DNA of 64,000 nucleotides from an uncultured virus (IMG/VR IMGVR_UViG_3300025687_000041) (IMGVR_UViG_3300025687_000041); one strand, 5' to 3'; shown: positions 27,423-37,973, counted from the stretch's first letter. The notes: generated from the sequence alone by a model not told the origin. Made by a program: numbers and translations.

Positions 27423-29183
27423 TTAACGGGGGGCGTACTTATTCACAAGTGAATTTACTTCAGATGGCATATTGGAAGCAGAGGGACTGCCGCGTTGCAG
27501 TAGATCATTCATATATCGGTCAATTTCTGCTCTACGCGCTTTAGCATATTCCTCCTCAAATTTAGCGTTTGCATTGGGTGGAGGTACTTTTGCAAGATTT
27601 AATTTTTTAGCAACAGCAGCGCGTAAAGATCCTTTATCGTCGTCAACCGCTTTAGTTGCATCCGCTCGGAATTTCAGAAGTTGCGCCTCAGTAAGTCCGG
27701 CAGCATTACGTGCGCGGGCCTGTGCCGCCGCTAGGCTGTACCCACCCGTAATATGAGCAATATTCTCGTGAGCCGCCGCGTTGTACTGCGTCTTCCACAT
27801 ATCCGCTGCCCGATCAGCATCTTTAACACCCGCGTTAATAAGTGCTTGGGTACCAAAGTCATCACGTTTTTGGGCTGCATCCGAGGCCCGCATCAGCAAC
27901 TCATCGCGCCGTTTAAGATCATTATTTTGCTCAGCACGACGAGCCTGTTCAATAAGCGCAAATTCTTTAGTGCGTTCTTTTTCGGCTTTCTTAAGATCTT
28001 TGTAAGCCCGTTGATAATCTTCCGCGCCGACCATAGCCCCGGCACCGATATTCTGAAGCGCATGCCGCGAAGTGCCTGACATCATTGCGAGACCGGCCTT
28101 AAACAACGCCATGTACTTAGCTTGCTCTTTATCGGCACCGGCTTGGAGAGCTTCATTTTTTAGCGAAGCCTCGTACCCTTCAAAGGCTTTTCCTTGCAGG
28201 CGGTCTTTGCTAAGAGCATCCATAAGCCGCTGCTCACGTTCCTGAGAGCGCGCAAAATACCCTCCAACACCTTCTTCGCCAACTCCCTGCAACGCGTTTT
28301 GTGTAATCTCGGTAGCCGAAGGACCGGACGGCATTTTTGGGAAATTAGCTGCGCGTAATCCAGTCCCAAGCCCCATAATTCCTGACCCATCCCCCGTTTT
28401 ACTACCTGCTGGGCTACTAGCGGTAGGTGTAGCGGGAGAAGAGATAGACGGTAGCCCACGCGTCCCTGCTGTTTCCGGGTATATATCTCGGACATATGGC
28501 GGTGGCTCTACATAACCCGTAACCGCGCCGCTATATTCGTCCGCACCTCGACGCATTACGTACCTCTGCGCCGGGTCTGGCTCTGATCCAAGCTTTGTTT
28601 CCCTGTAGAACTCACCTGCGGCAGCGCGAAGCCCTGCGCCTTGTTCCGACCGACGCGCTCGTTCTACATCGCGCATCTCAGCCGGTGTAGGCGTACTAGG
28701 TAGTGTTGGTGTCGCCGACGGTGCGGTAGGCATGTTTAGTTCGGCAAGGCGTCTTTCTATCTGCCGCATTTCATAAAGATCGCCCTCCTGCACCGCTCGG
28801 TTTCTTTTTTCATATAGCCTACCGATTTCCTGTTGGTCTGGCCTGTAGGGGATCAACCCCTGATTCTGATACCGTTCAACGTCCCCACCGTCAGCGAACG
28901 CGACGATGCCGCCCCCTGCCATATCCTGAGTGGGGGCTTGGGCCAGATTAGTTGGTAGCGTATCAATACCCTGCGCTCGACTTAAAACTTGTTCCGCAAT
29001 GGGCGGTTGTTGAGAAGGCTGCTGCATCGCTTGCATGTTGCGCATGCGCTCCTCCATGTTCATCTTTTCTTCGATGAGCGGGATCGCAATGTACGCTGGA
29101 AGCGTTTTGTTTTGCAGGGACTGCTTTAGCTGATCTACGGACATTCTTTCAGCCGTAGCGATACGTCCAATTCCGCTAATCAT
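27423..29183 (-). CDS. Internal virion (ejection) protein
   Basis: Helical; MAGGGIVAFADGG motif; position before the giant protein. Confidence 0.6.
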   Translation of the reverse strand: MISGIGRIATAERMSVDQLKQSLQNKTLPAYIAIPLIEEKMNMEERMRNMQAMQQPSQQPPIAEQVLSRAQGIDTLPTNLAQAPTQDMAGGGIVAFADGGDVERYQNQGLIPYRPDQQEIGRLYEKRNRAVQEGDLYEMRQIERRLAELNMPTAPSATPTLPSTPTPAEMRDVERARRSEQGAGLRAAAGEFYRETKLGSEPDPAQRYVMRRGADEYSGAVTGYVEPPPYVRDIYPETAGTRGLPSISSPATPTASSPAGSKTGDGSGIMGLGTGLRAANFPKMPSGPSATEITQNALQGVGEEGVGGYFARSQEREQRLMDALSKDRLQGKAFEGYEASLKNEALQAGADKEQAKYMALFKAGLAMMSGTSRHALQNIGAGAMVGAEDYQRAYKDLKKAEKERTKEFALIEQARRAEQNNDLKRRDELLMRASDAAQKRDDFGTQALINAGVKDADRAADMWKTQYNAAAHENIAHITGGYSLAAAQARARNAAGLTEAQLLKFRADATKAVDDDKGSLRAAVAKKLNLAKVPPPNANAKFEEEYAKARRAEIDRYMNDLLQRGSPSASNMPSEVNSLVNKYAPR

Positions 29184-31159
29184 GCTGCCTTCCTTTTCTT
29201 CATAGCCCGACGAAGTGCAAGTTCATCAATCCCCGGACCTTCTTCCCGAATGGGACCACCAGCTTTTCTACCGACGCCTGCCATATTTGCCATCCCAGCC
29301 AAGCCCACTCCTGCGGTACCAAGGCCAGCAAGTTGGCTAGCCATAGAAGGCGCTGCTTGATATTGAGATGTCGTTTGCCCCGGTACCGCATAGCCACGCA
29401 GCAGGGCGTTGTACTGAGCAAGGGTGTTGTAAGGAGCTTCTTGCGCTTGCGCGTAGTTGGAGATGGCCTGATTGATAATAGCCTGCTCTTGCGCTTGTTG
29501 CTGCTGACCAATCTGATTTTGCAACCCAAGAATGCCCGTCTGTGCAGCAAGTTGTTGAGTGCCAAGTGACCCAAGCGTACCTGCTGCTTGATTTGCCAGC
29601 CCGTACCCGGCTTGCGCACCGCTGACCCCTTGCAGGCCAGTTTGAGCGCCTTGCATTCCTTGAGCTGTGCCTTGCAACCCGACACCCGCCCCTTGAAGTC
29701 CAAGCTGGCCCGCATTGATAGCTTGCCCAACTCCTTGCAAACCAACTCCAGCCCCCTGCATAGCCGCTTGCGCACCCTGTATACCTTGAGCAGTACCGGC
29801 CAGTTGACGGTCCACTCCTTGCAGTCCCAACCCTGCGCCTTGGATGCCAGTTCCGTACAACTGATTGGCGGCTTGAAGTCCTGCAAGCCCCGCTTGGGAA
29901 CCCTGCATACCAAGACCATACATGGAGCCTGCCTGCCCGACACCCTGAAGTGCTGCTTGCTGACCAGCTAGTGCCTGACCAATTCCAGACAATCCAAGTT
30001 GACCGCCTTGAAGTGCGGTGCCAAGCCCCGACTGTGCGCCGCCCAATCCCTGAAGCCCGAGGTTGGAGCCATACTGCATACTCTGAATGGCTTTGTCGTA
30101 CGCTGATTGCGTACCCTGCGCTTGGATACCCTGAATCTGCGATTGGAGTGCCCGATTAGCTTCAGCGTTCTCGATAGCTTGTCTTGCACCACCGAAAGCA
30201 CCGGCACGGGCAGCTTGGGAGCCACGTGCTTGCGCCGCAATATCTGCTTGACGCTGCGCCGCCTGAATCTGAAGATCAGTTACGGCTTGTTGGTACGGCG
30301 ACATATATGCTTGTACTGCGGATGGGCTTGTTGCCATCTGCGCATACTGTTGCCCCGCGAGTGCTTGCTGTCGCGCCAAGTCTTGAGACTGGGCAGTAAT
30401 GCCGCGACCTGTTTGTTGGGCATCAAGACCCATACGCCCGATCTGGGAAGACAGATCACCGTACCCCAGAGCGGTATTTGCCAGATTGGCAGCTTGAGCG
30501 CCATAACCAGCACCCATCCCGCCATACATCTGAGCTTGAGGAGCAAGAGCCGCTGCTTCTGCCCCGTATCCAGCACCCATGCCGCCGTAGTATTGACCGC
30601 CTTGGATGCCTAGTTGCTGACCCAAAAGACCAGACTGTTGGCCTTGCATGCCAGCTTGTGCGCCCATAGCGCCGTAACCATAGGCGGCGTTTTCTGCTTG
30701 CGCTGCTTGCCTTGCTGCGTTTTGCGCGGCGGCTAGCCCTAGTTGCTGACCCAACTGCCCGGACTGGAACCCGGCATTGCCATAGCCCATCGCCTGCTGC
30801 GCAGACTGCATACCGCCCATACCGGCCATACCGGCCAGACCTGTGGCTTGCCCGTACTGCCCCGGCACTTGAAGGTTGGCAGCGTTAAATTGAACTTGTT
30901 GTTGCAGGGGGCTGAACCCAGCTACATATGCGCGGGGGTCTGCACTATAAGGAGTAAACGGACGAGTACCGGTAATGTCATAGATTGGTTGACCGCTCTC
31001 ATCTAAGACTTTTTCCCCGGTCTTAGGGTCTATCCGTGGCTGCGTTGAAAATAGCTGTTGAGTCGCACCACCAAGAAGTGTCTCGACCTGTGGGCGCAGC
31101 CAATCCGGAATATTGGATTGGGTTACAGTTGTGGAAGTTGGACCGCCGCCACCGCTCAT
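29180..31159 (-). CDS. Gly/Gln/Ala-rich DNA pilot/ejection protein
   Basis: MSGGGG..T start, YMSPYQQAV, GAFGGARQA, long 7-residue G/Q/A repeats. Confidence 0.65.
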   Translation of the reverse strand: MSGGGGPTSTTVTQSNIPDWLRPQVETLLGGATQQLFSTQPRIDPKTGEKVLDESGQPIYDITGTRPFTPYSADPRAYVAGFSPLQQQVQFNAANLQVPGQYGQATGLAGMAGMGGMQSAQQAMGYGNAGFQSGQLGQQLGLAAAQNAARQAAQAENAAYGYGAMGAQAGMQGQQSGLLGQQLGIQGGQYYGGMGAGYGAEAAALAPQAQMYGGMGAGYGAQAANLANTALGYGDLSSQIGRMGLDAQQTGRGITAQSQDLARQQALAGQQYAQMATSPSAVQAYMSPYQQAVTDLQIQAAQRQADIAAQARGSQAARAGAFGGARQAIENAEANRALQSQIQGIQAQGTQSAYDKAIQSMQYGSNLGLQGLGGAQSGLGTALQGGQLGLSGIGQALAGQQAALQGVGQAGSMYGLGMQGSQAGLAGLQAANQLYGTGIQGAGLGLQGVDRQLAGTAQGIQGAQAAMQGAGVGLQGVGQAINAGQLGLQGAGVGLQGTAQGMQGAQTGLQGVSGAQAGYGLANQAAGTLGSLGTQQLAAQTGILGLQNQIGQQQQAQEQAIINQAISNYAQAQEAPYNTLAQYNALLRGYAVPGQTTSQYQAAPSMASQLAGLGTAGVGLAGMANMAGVGRKAGGPIREEGPGIDELALRRAMKKRKAA

Positions 31160-31575
31160 ATTGTCACCTCAACTAATGTAGTGCGCGGTTCAAAGTTGTA
31201 CCGCTTCCACAGACGCACGATTGCTTCACGCCCGTAGCCTTGAATCTTTGTTGCGCCACGCTGCTTCAAGATAGCTTTAAGCTGCTCAAACGTATCGTCG
31301 TTGGAAATTAACTTGCCACCAATAGATGTAATAAACGCTACGCGACTCATGGGGTAATTTATGAATGACACGGTACCCGCACCATGAATCCGATTTTCTT
31401 CATCCATTGCCACGATTAGCAACCACTGCCCCGCCGTTAGAAAAGCCTGCACGTGATGGACGTTGTAGTCGGCTACCCCTTCGTCTTTACTCAGCGCAGA
31501 CTGAATAAATTCCTCAACAAACGGCCAAACTTGTTGGACGTGGATTGTGTCAACGTGGGCTACCCGTAAGTTCAT
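31156..31575 (-). CDS. GNAT-fold-like virion assembly protein
   Basis: Size, position before the ejection genes, IGG...GR...RLW pattern. Confidence 0.5.
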   Translation of the reverse strand: MNLRVAHVDTIHVQQVWPFVEEFIQSALSKDEGVADYNVHHVQAFLTAGQWLLIVAMDEENRIHGAGTVSFINYPMSRVAFITSIGGKLISNDDTFEQLKAILKQRGATKIQGYGREAIVRLWKRYNFEPRTTLVEVTI

Positions 31576-32657
31576 TTCTTGAACAAATCCGTAATGCCGC
31601 CGGACGCTCTACGCATCACATTAGGAGTGCCACGCATACCGGCTGACCTTGACACAATAGCAGAGGAAGGTCCGTAGTTTGGCTGCGCTGGCGCACCGAA
31701 TCCCATAGTGTTTGCGCCCCCAAAACTGGATTGCCCATAGCTAAACGGGTTAGACATTCCCATGCCACCATAACCACCCATACCGCCGTAGCCACCCATA
31801 CCACCATAGCCACCCATACCACCATAGCCACCCATACCACCGTAACTAGGCTGGCTGTAACTAAACGGGTTCGACATCCCCATACCGCCATAACCACCGT
31901 AGCCACCCATACCACCGTAGCCGCCGTAGCCACCGTAGCCACCCATACCGCCGTAGCTAGGCTGGTTGTAACTAAACGGGTTTTGAGCGGTATACGGATT
32001 GAACGGGGTAGTCATGCCAAACATAGGCATAGAGGGCGCATAGTTTGAAAACCCTCCGGCAGTTTGCACGTCATAGGGGCTCATGCCAACACTGCGCATA
32101 GCCCCCAGTATAGTGTTCATGTCCGCATTGGGGTTGGCGCTTAACGTAGAACGAATTGACGACGTTATGTTGTCTTGGCTACCACCGTTTGCCATTTGCC
32201 AACGCTGCGCGTCCGACATAATTGGCTGCGTACCATACGTACTTACATTAAAAGCCGTGTATGGATTTGCGTAGTTTGTGTACTGCGGCTGATAAACGGG
32301 TTGGTAGAACTGCGCCGACCCAGCTACTGGACGCCCCGTGGGAGACCGCATGCCAGCTTGCTGCGCAAGATAGGACCAGTTTGCGTCTGACTGGGGGCCG
32401 GTTACCTTCTCTACACCGGCTCTAATATCCGCGTGTGTGTAGCCTTGCCCAAGTAATTGATTGTAGTAGTCCGCTCTTGACTCTATTGTTTCTCCTGCCG
32501 CAGCGGGATCAAAAACAAATGGGTTCCTTGGGGCGGTCGGTTCTGGCGAAACCCATTGCCCCGGAGGCGCTTTCGTAGGCGTTTCGGCAGCGGGAGGGGA
32601 GCCATAAATAGGTCCATTATCGTCATACCCAACTACCACTTGTCCACTATCGGCCAT
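31572..32657 (-). CDS. Low-complexity G/Y/M-rich protein
   Basis: GGYGGM repeats; in-operon overlap with the downstream gene. Confidence 0.7.
   Translation of the reverse strand: MADSGQVVVGYDDNGPIYGSPPAAETPTKAPPGQWVSPEPTAPRNPFVFDPAAAGETIESRADYYNQLLGQGYTHADIRAGVEKVTGPQSDANWSYLAQQAGMRSPTGRPVAGSAQFYQPVYQPQYTNYANPYTAFNVSTYGTQPIMSDAQRWQMANGGSQDNITSSIRSTLSANPNADMNTILGAMRSVGMSPYDVQTAGGFSNYAPSMPMFGMTTPFNPYTAQNPFSYNQPSYGGMGGYGGYGGYGGMGGYGGYGGMGMSNPFSYSQPSYGGMGGYGGMGGYGGMGGYGGMGGYGGMGMSNPFSYGQSSFGGANTMGFGAPAQPNYGPSSAIVSRSAGMRGTPNVMRRASGGITDLFKK
31735..31985 (-). repeat. Coding tandem repeats (GGY/GGM units and NPFSYxQxSxGG x3)
   Basis: 18-bp units such as ccaccatagccacccata repeated. Confidence 0.85.
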
Positions 32658-32666
32658 GATCTTTCC

Positions 32667-33707
32667 TTACGCGGGCATGTACTTGCGAGCGTTAATTTCA
32701 CGCCCTTGGGTTTTCTTGCCGGTACGCGCCTTGCGCACTTTGTCCATCATTGCATAGAGTTGCCGAGCGCCAGCATCGGTTGACCCGTTACCGAGTCCAG
32801 AAACAACATCAGCCGGGACCACAAACTCACCGTCGGCCAGCCGTGCGGGACGCTTACCGGCAATTACACCGGGGATACTGTCGCTCATCCCATCACCCGG
32901 CCCACGCAGCATGCGGCCACCATCAGAGTACGTACCTAAATCGGCAATGCCTCCCCGCGCATACATCGGCGAGTCACCAACTACCCTGTCGTACCCACCA
33001 GTAGCGAGGTTCGCAATGCCACCACCAGCCGCAGCGAACGCCGGGCGATACCGCTCCGGAGAGTACCGGAACCGCTTCAAAACACTTTCGTAATCACTGC
33101 CGGGGATGCCCATATCCGGACGCGCCCCGGTAGCACCGGCCAGCGCAGAGGCTCCAGCAAGGAACTTATGATTTTTGATGGACTGCCACGGGTCTTGGGC
33201 AAACCTCGCCATACCTTCTGTGAAGGTGCCACCGGGAGACGCCGGGATTACCGATTGTTGAACCGCTGTACCTACTGGAGTAACCGCCGACGGTGCCAAT
33301 GCACTAGTAGGAATAGCGCCCTGCGCTGCGCCTTGTAAGCTGGTCAGCCCTTGAGAACCGAATCCAGCCATCTGGTCAGCCAACATAGCTGCTTGAGATC
33401 CCGCACCAGTAGCTGCACCTTGAACACCCAACTGAGTTCCAACCTGTGCAGCCGTGGGGTTTGCCCCCAAGGTACTACCAGCCAGAGTCCCCGCTTCAGC
33501 ACCGGGTAGTGCGCCACTAATCCCCCCGCCGATCCCGCCAGTAAGGCCACCAAGCAGCGCACCTTTGAGCGGATCGCCACCAGTTATTGCAGCGGAGCCA
33601 CCGCCCATAGCCGCACCGAGAAGCATAGCTTCACCAACACCGCCACCGACTGGGTACACGCGCCGACCGTCAGGTTGGTAGCCGTTGAATTTATTACGTA
33701 TGAGCAT
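32667..33707 (-). CDS. Internal virion protein
   Basis: Gly-rich hydrophobic N-terminus; GPGDGMSDSIP...ARLADGEFVVPADVVS C-terminal domain. Confidence 0.6.
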   Translation of the reverse strand: MLIRNKFNGYQPDGRRVYPVGGGVGEAMLLGAAMGGGSAAITGGDPLKGALLGGLTGGIGGGISGALPGAEAGTLAGSTLGANPTAAQVGTQLGVQGAATGAGSQAAMLADQMAGFGSQGLTSLQGAAQGAIPTSALAPSAVTPVGTAVQQSVIPASPGGTFTEGMARFAQDPWQSIKNHKFLAGASALAGATGARPDMGIPGSDYESVLKRFRYSPERYRPAFAAAGGGIANLATGGYDRVVGDSPMYARGGIADLGTYSDGGRMLRGPGDGMSDSIPGVIAGKRPARLADGEFVVPADVVSGLGNGSTDAGARQLYAMMDKVRKARTGKKTQGREINARKYMPA

Positions 33708-33771
33708 GGGTCGCCCCTTACAAATTTGGCTTAATTTTAATCAGTTAGGTCAACAAATACCAGAAAATACT

Positions 33772-34911
33772 TCATTGCTGCCCCTGCGTTACGTCCAATG
33801 ACACCGCTGGAGACCCCGGTGCAAACGCTGTCGCTGGAACCGCATTCAAAGTTACTGAGGTGTCCGTGGACGCAAACACCAATTCAAAATACTCGTTAGC
33901 ATCTAACGACAAGGTTTCAAACAGTGCTACCGGGCTGTACGCCCCAGAACCCGACAGACTGATAATCCTTGATGATCTGACTACATCAGTCCCATTTTTA
34001 CGCACCCAACTGTAGATGTCTTTTGCGGAGGCGTTGCTGCTGGAGTATTGGAACGTCGCCCCAATGTTGTACAGCCCTGACTGCGGCACAACAATCCGTG
34101 ACGGATAGGTTCCGTCGATCACCACCCCGTTACTGATCCGGGTTTCATTTAGCGATATAGGGTAAGCAGTATTTGCAGCGGCTGGGGAATAGTCGTTGGT
34201 CAACGAAAATGCACCGTAATACTGCTGTTGTGTAATTGTCGGGCGGACAAAAATAATCCCATCTGTTGTGCCAACTGCGGTTACCGCAGCGATGGGAATG
34301 ACATTATTTGGCGCGGTTGGTTTAACATTGGTTAGCCCCCCTGCAACTGTTGGAGATGCGTAAAGAACATCACCAACACTAAAGGCGCTGGTGTTTATGT
34401 CCCGAACGAACCCCCAGACCGTCGCATAACCCTTTGCTTGATCCGGCAAATCATGGGTCATAATGCCCAAGATATACAAGGTAGGCTGTGATCCATCTGC
34501 CAGATACGGGGATACGAGAAGAGATTGTGGTGCGGTTCCCGCAAAACCAACTACCGTACCGTTGGGGATTGTCGAGCCTGTTTGGTTTCTTACTCGGGCG
34601 TACATCTCCTGCCCGGTTTGCATTACAACGTCATAATCCAGATCAACTTCCAGAGTGCTGTCTGTTGAATTCCAGTTTATTCTGCCGGTTTGATGCGGAA
34701 CATTGGGTTCTGTTGTATTGAAGTCGATGTAATCAATTACACCGCCTTTGGCGAGCTTTGCAAAAAAATTATCTACACGGTTGAAGTAAAGCCGCAGGAT
34801 GTTATTTAGTGCCTCATGGTATCTCGGATCGTACTGCGCAGGAGCCAACGGAAGGTTGGGTGGCACCACCCGATCAAGAATAAACTCCGTCGTGACTGGT
34901 AATGTACTCAT
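33772..34911 (-). CDS. Tail-associated structural protein
   Basis: PNLPLAP..Y...LRLYFN N-terminus; beta-rich C-terminus. Confidence 0.6.
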   Translation of the reverse strand: MSTLPVTTEFILDRVVPPNLPLAPAQYDPRYHEALNNILRLYFNRVDNFFAKLAKGGVIDYIDFNTTEPNVPHQTGRINWNSTDSTLEVDLDYDVVMQTGQEMYARVRNQTGSTIPNGTVVGFAGTAPQSLLVSPYLADGSQPTLYILGIMTHDLPDQAKGYATVWGFVRDINTSAFSVGDVLYASPTVAGGLTNVKPTAPNNVIPIAAVTAVGTTDGIIFVRPTITQQQYYGAFSLTNDYSPAAANTAYPISLNETRISNGVVIDGTYPSRIVVPQSGLYNIGATFQYSSSNASAKDIYSWVRKNGTDVVRSSRIISLSGSGAYSPVALFETLSLDANEYFELVFASTDTSVTLNAVPATAFAPGSPAVSLDVTQGQQ

Positions 34912-37031
34912 CTGCGTCCGTCCGGTTTAATGTCAAACCGTGGTGCCCCAAGCTGCCATGTAGTCCCAAGGTTCGTGGATTCAATCTTAAAGATCATCTG
35001 CCGCCCACGCGCCCGTGTATAGATTTGCCCAGTAAATTCTTCTGTGATGTTGTAAGACGTACCCCGTAGAACTTGTTTGGACGCAGGATTGCCGACCCCT
35101 GATCCAGAGTTTTGCATGGGGTATAGAGTCATTGTGACCGTGGGAGTTGGTACACCAGAACCGCTTACTCCAGCAACTTGAGAAGACCCATCAAACGTCA
35201 AATCTGGGATCACCCGCCACACATAGCCAAAGTTATGACCGTCCCCAATGTCGAATTCCGACGAAGAAATATTGGCAACAATTGGCACTGGAGAGCCGGT
35301 TTCTACGTCATCAACCCCATCTTCGTGCTGCACTAACTTACCACTATAAGTCGCTGCAATTGGGTGAGGTAGTAATCCGGAGTCCAGCCATGCGGTTCGG
35401 CCCATCGTGCCGTAATACCAGACGTTTTCCAGATAATTGAATACAACGTAGCGATCAATTACGTTACTGTTAGCCGAACAATAGAACCACCAAACTTCAT
35501 TAAACCCTTCGTTGGTACTAGCATATACCTGTTGGGGCTGTAGCTTGTTAAAGTCGTTGAAAATATATCGGCGCAGATCGCAATTAAGCGTTTGTACCCG
35601 ACCATCGTACACGTAGAACTTATCAACACCCATCCAATACGTGCGTCCCGAGGCGATAGTCGAAGCATTTGGGCCAACTATTGAGACATTATCTGCCAGC
35701 AGTTGCAACGACCAGACAAATGGGGTGCCCACATACTGCAAGGAATATAAAGACGAGTCGGTAAAAACGACAAATTCCTGTCGCATCTGCATTACGCAGG
35801 AGATGTATGACCCATGAGACAGCCGGATGCTACCAGCCTGATTTGTCGCGGAAGGAGTCCATGTATAAGGATCTTCCTGCCCAGACCACCGGATCAGCAT
35901 CGGATCAAGGTACGTCTGTCCGTAATCATTGGTGCCGAACACCAGCACGAACCTCGATACATCCGATACCTCAATCCAATTTTGGAAGAGCGGTGCGTCG
36001 GAGTCCCCGGCATCCGCAAGGTCGATGCCCTTAGCGGAAATGTATTGCAGCCCGGACTGTGTGCCAGAGGTTGTAATCGGTGAACCTTGGATTGTGGTGG
36101 ATACATTGAATGTGCCCCCCGTGGAATTCACCACAAAGTACACCTGCCCAACGTCCAGTCCAGTCGGAAGCGCCCCGGTGCTGGTAAATGTAATCGTCGT
36201 TCCGTCCGGAAACGAGAACCCAGCAGGTAGCGTAATAACGCCGGGAGCGCCGATACTGATTGTGATTTGAATTGGGGAGTAACCGACATTGGCACTCCAG
36301 TAGTACACGCCCTGACCCCGAGGCCCGTAGATCAAATCTTCACCAAAGTTACGCTGATTCCAAAGCTGTAGCGCGGTAGACGTTTCTTGTCCAACACCCC
36401 AAGGACCAGCGCCCCAAGGACCGGCACCCCACCCGACTAATGGTACTTGATAGCTTGGGCCAGTATTAACTTCGTATTGCGCAACTACCGACCCACCCCC
36501 CGGAGATCCCGCAGCATCGGTAGCGTTGGCCGTTGCACTAACAGTGATCGTGTAGCTATTGTCATCAAGAAACGTAATCTGGAATGTGCCTGTCAGCACC
36601 CCGGCAGTGATATTCCCGCCCAATCCAGTGATACCGGCACCACTGTAGGTAACGTAGTCACCATCTGCACACCCGTGGTCAACTTCGCTAATCGTTATTA
36701 CGTTTGACCCGTCTGTGGCTGTGAAAGGATCAACAAGCGTAACCGTCTTGCGAATCGGAGTTACGTCGTAATAATCGTTGCCTTTGAGGATGTAGAACTT
36801 CAGGTTTGTGCCAACCCCGACAAGATTCTCAGCCCGAAGCGTTACCCAGTTCCAAAGTGACCTGCACACCCCCGTAAACGTATTGGAGGAAAACTGCACC
36901 CAGCCGCCAATTTTCTCGGGGTTGCCCTGCCGGAATCGAATCTTGTCGCACTCATACCAGCCACCTTCCGTGGTATAGCGCGTGTTCTCGCGGTTGACGC
37001 CGGGTTTAAATAGCAGCTTGGATAATGGCAT
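34908..37031 (-). CDS. Tail nozzle/stabilisation protein (tail tubular B or P22 gp10-like)
   Basis: 707 aa, beta-propeller-like, IRWS..E motif, ends DGRR. Confidence 0.65.
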   Translation of the reverse strand: MPLSKLLFKPGVNRENTRYTTEGGWYECDKIRFRQGNPEKIGGWVQFSSNTFTGVCRSLWNWVTLRAENLVGVGTNLKFYILKGNDYYDVTPIRKTVTLVDPFTATDGSNVITISEVDHGCADGDYVTYSGAGITGLGGNITAGVLTGTFQITFLDDNSYTITVSATANATDAAGSPGGGSVVAQYEVNTGPSYQVPLVGWGAGPWGAGPWGVGQETSTALQLWNQRNFGEDLIYGPRGQGVYYWSANVGYSPIQITISIGAPGVITLPAGFSFPDGTTITFTSTGALPTGLDVGQVYFVVNSTGGTFNVSTTIQGSPITTSGTQSGLQYISAKGIDLADAGDSDAPLFQNWIEVSDVSRFVLVFGTNDYGQTYLDPMLIRWSGQEDPYTWTPSATNQAGSIRLSHGSYISCVMQMRQEFVVFTDSSLYSLQYVGTPFVWSLQLLADNVSIVGPNASTIASGRTYWMGVDKFYVYDGRVQTLNCDLRRYIFNDFNKLQPQQVYASTNEGFNEVWWFYCSANSNVIDRYVVFNYLENVWYYGTMGRTAWLDSGLLPHPIAATYSGKLVQHEDGVDDVETGSPVPIVANISSSEFDIGDGHNFGYVWRVIPDLTFDGSSQVAGVSGSGVPTPTVTMTLYPMQNSGSGVGNPASKQVLRGTSYNITEEFTGQIYTRARGRQMIFKIESTNLGTTWQLGAPRFDIKPDGRR

Positions 37032-37033
37032 CT

Positions 37034-37477
37034 CTACCTCAACAATGCGGATTCAGCCGTTCGCCTACGCACCAGACCCGGTAGAACTTTTCCGCCACCC
37101 CGCACCCAGAGCATCAACTGCTCCTGAGCGCCCTCCCAGTCTTGGGCGTTTATCTTGCGTTTTAAGGTGCTGGTTTGCAGCCGCCCTACACCCAAATTGT
37201 ACGCAAAATCAACTATGGCGTTAAGCTTTCTTTCGTCTGCCGCAAGCCCCGGACAATTTCTCAAAACCCCCGGCAGATATGTCGTTTCCAGTTCATGCAT
37301 CAGCAGCTTCTCGGCCTCCGCCTCATCAATCGGCGCGTCTTGGAGCGTGACCTTCCTGCCGTCTGCGTAATACGTTGACCCGTAGCCAATCGTTGGGATT
37401 CCGGCTGGGCACAAATATGGCTTCGCCCGGAACCCCTCAAACTGCTTACACAACTCGGCTGCGATTTGTAACATCAC
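37034..37477 (-). CDS. Endolysin, GH24 lysozyme
   Basis: FEG...YLCPAGIPTIGYGST; FAYNLG; LPGLVRRR..E. Confidence 0.95.
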   Translation of the reverse strand: MMLQIAAELCKQFEGFRAKPYLCPAGIPTIGYGSTYYADGRKVTLQDAPIDEAEAEKLLMHELETTYLPGVLRNCPGLAADERKLNAIVDFAYNLGVGRLQTSTLKRKINAQDWEGAQEQLMLWVRGGGKVLPGLVRRRTAESALLR

Positions 37478-37971
37478 GCCAACCCGCGACGGGCCAAAGT
37501 GCGGTCGAGAATCCAGAAATTGATGACGCCAGAGAGCAGCGCCATATCGTCAACTGCCCACGCTTCTTTCATCACTTGGAGCATTGGTTGACCAGATTGC
37601 CATGCAATGATTAGCGCAGCGGTCTTTGCAGCGCCGTAGAGCAGCAGCAGGTAGTAGGTCATCAATGGGCGCACCGACGCGCTCAGGGACGCAGCCCAGC
37701 CCCCAGCGGATTTGACCATTTGCGTTTGCTGATCAATTGCCGACTTGAATGCCGTCATAACCCCGACATCGACCGCCATGTCCCGTTGAGCGCCGATCTC
37801 TTGCATGCGGATTTGCCCACGCACTTTCTCAAGATCGCATTGCTTATCGAACATGGATAGCTCGTGCTGGCGTTCGTTCTTCTTGTCCATAAACTTCAGG
37901 ACTTCCGGCACGATACGGAAGATACCGCCTAGCAGCGATCCAAAAATACCCCCACCGAGTAGCTCAAGCAT
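37474..37971 (-). CDS. Putative holin
   Basis: Hydrophobic segments, SVRP motif, adjacent to the endolysin. Confidence 0.6.
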   Translation of the reverse strand: MLELLGGGIFGSLLGGIFRIVPEVLKFMDKKNERQHELSMFDKQCDLEKVRGQIRMQEIGAQRDMAVDVGVMTAFKSAIDQQTQMVKSAGGWAASLSASVRPLMTYYLLLLYGAAKTAALIIAWQSGQPMLQVMKEAWAVDDMALLSGVINFWILDRTLARRGLA

Positions 37972-37973
37972 GG

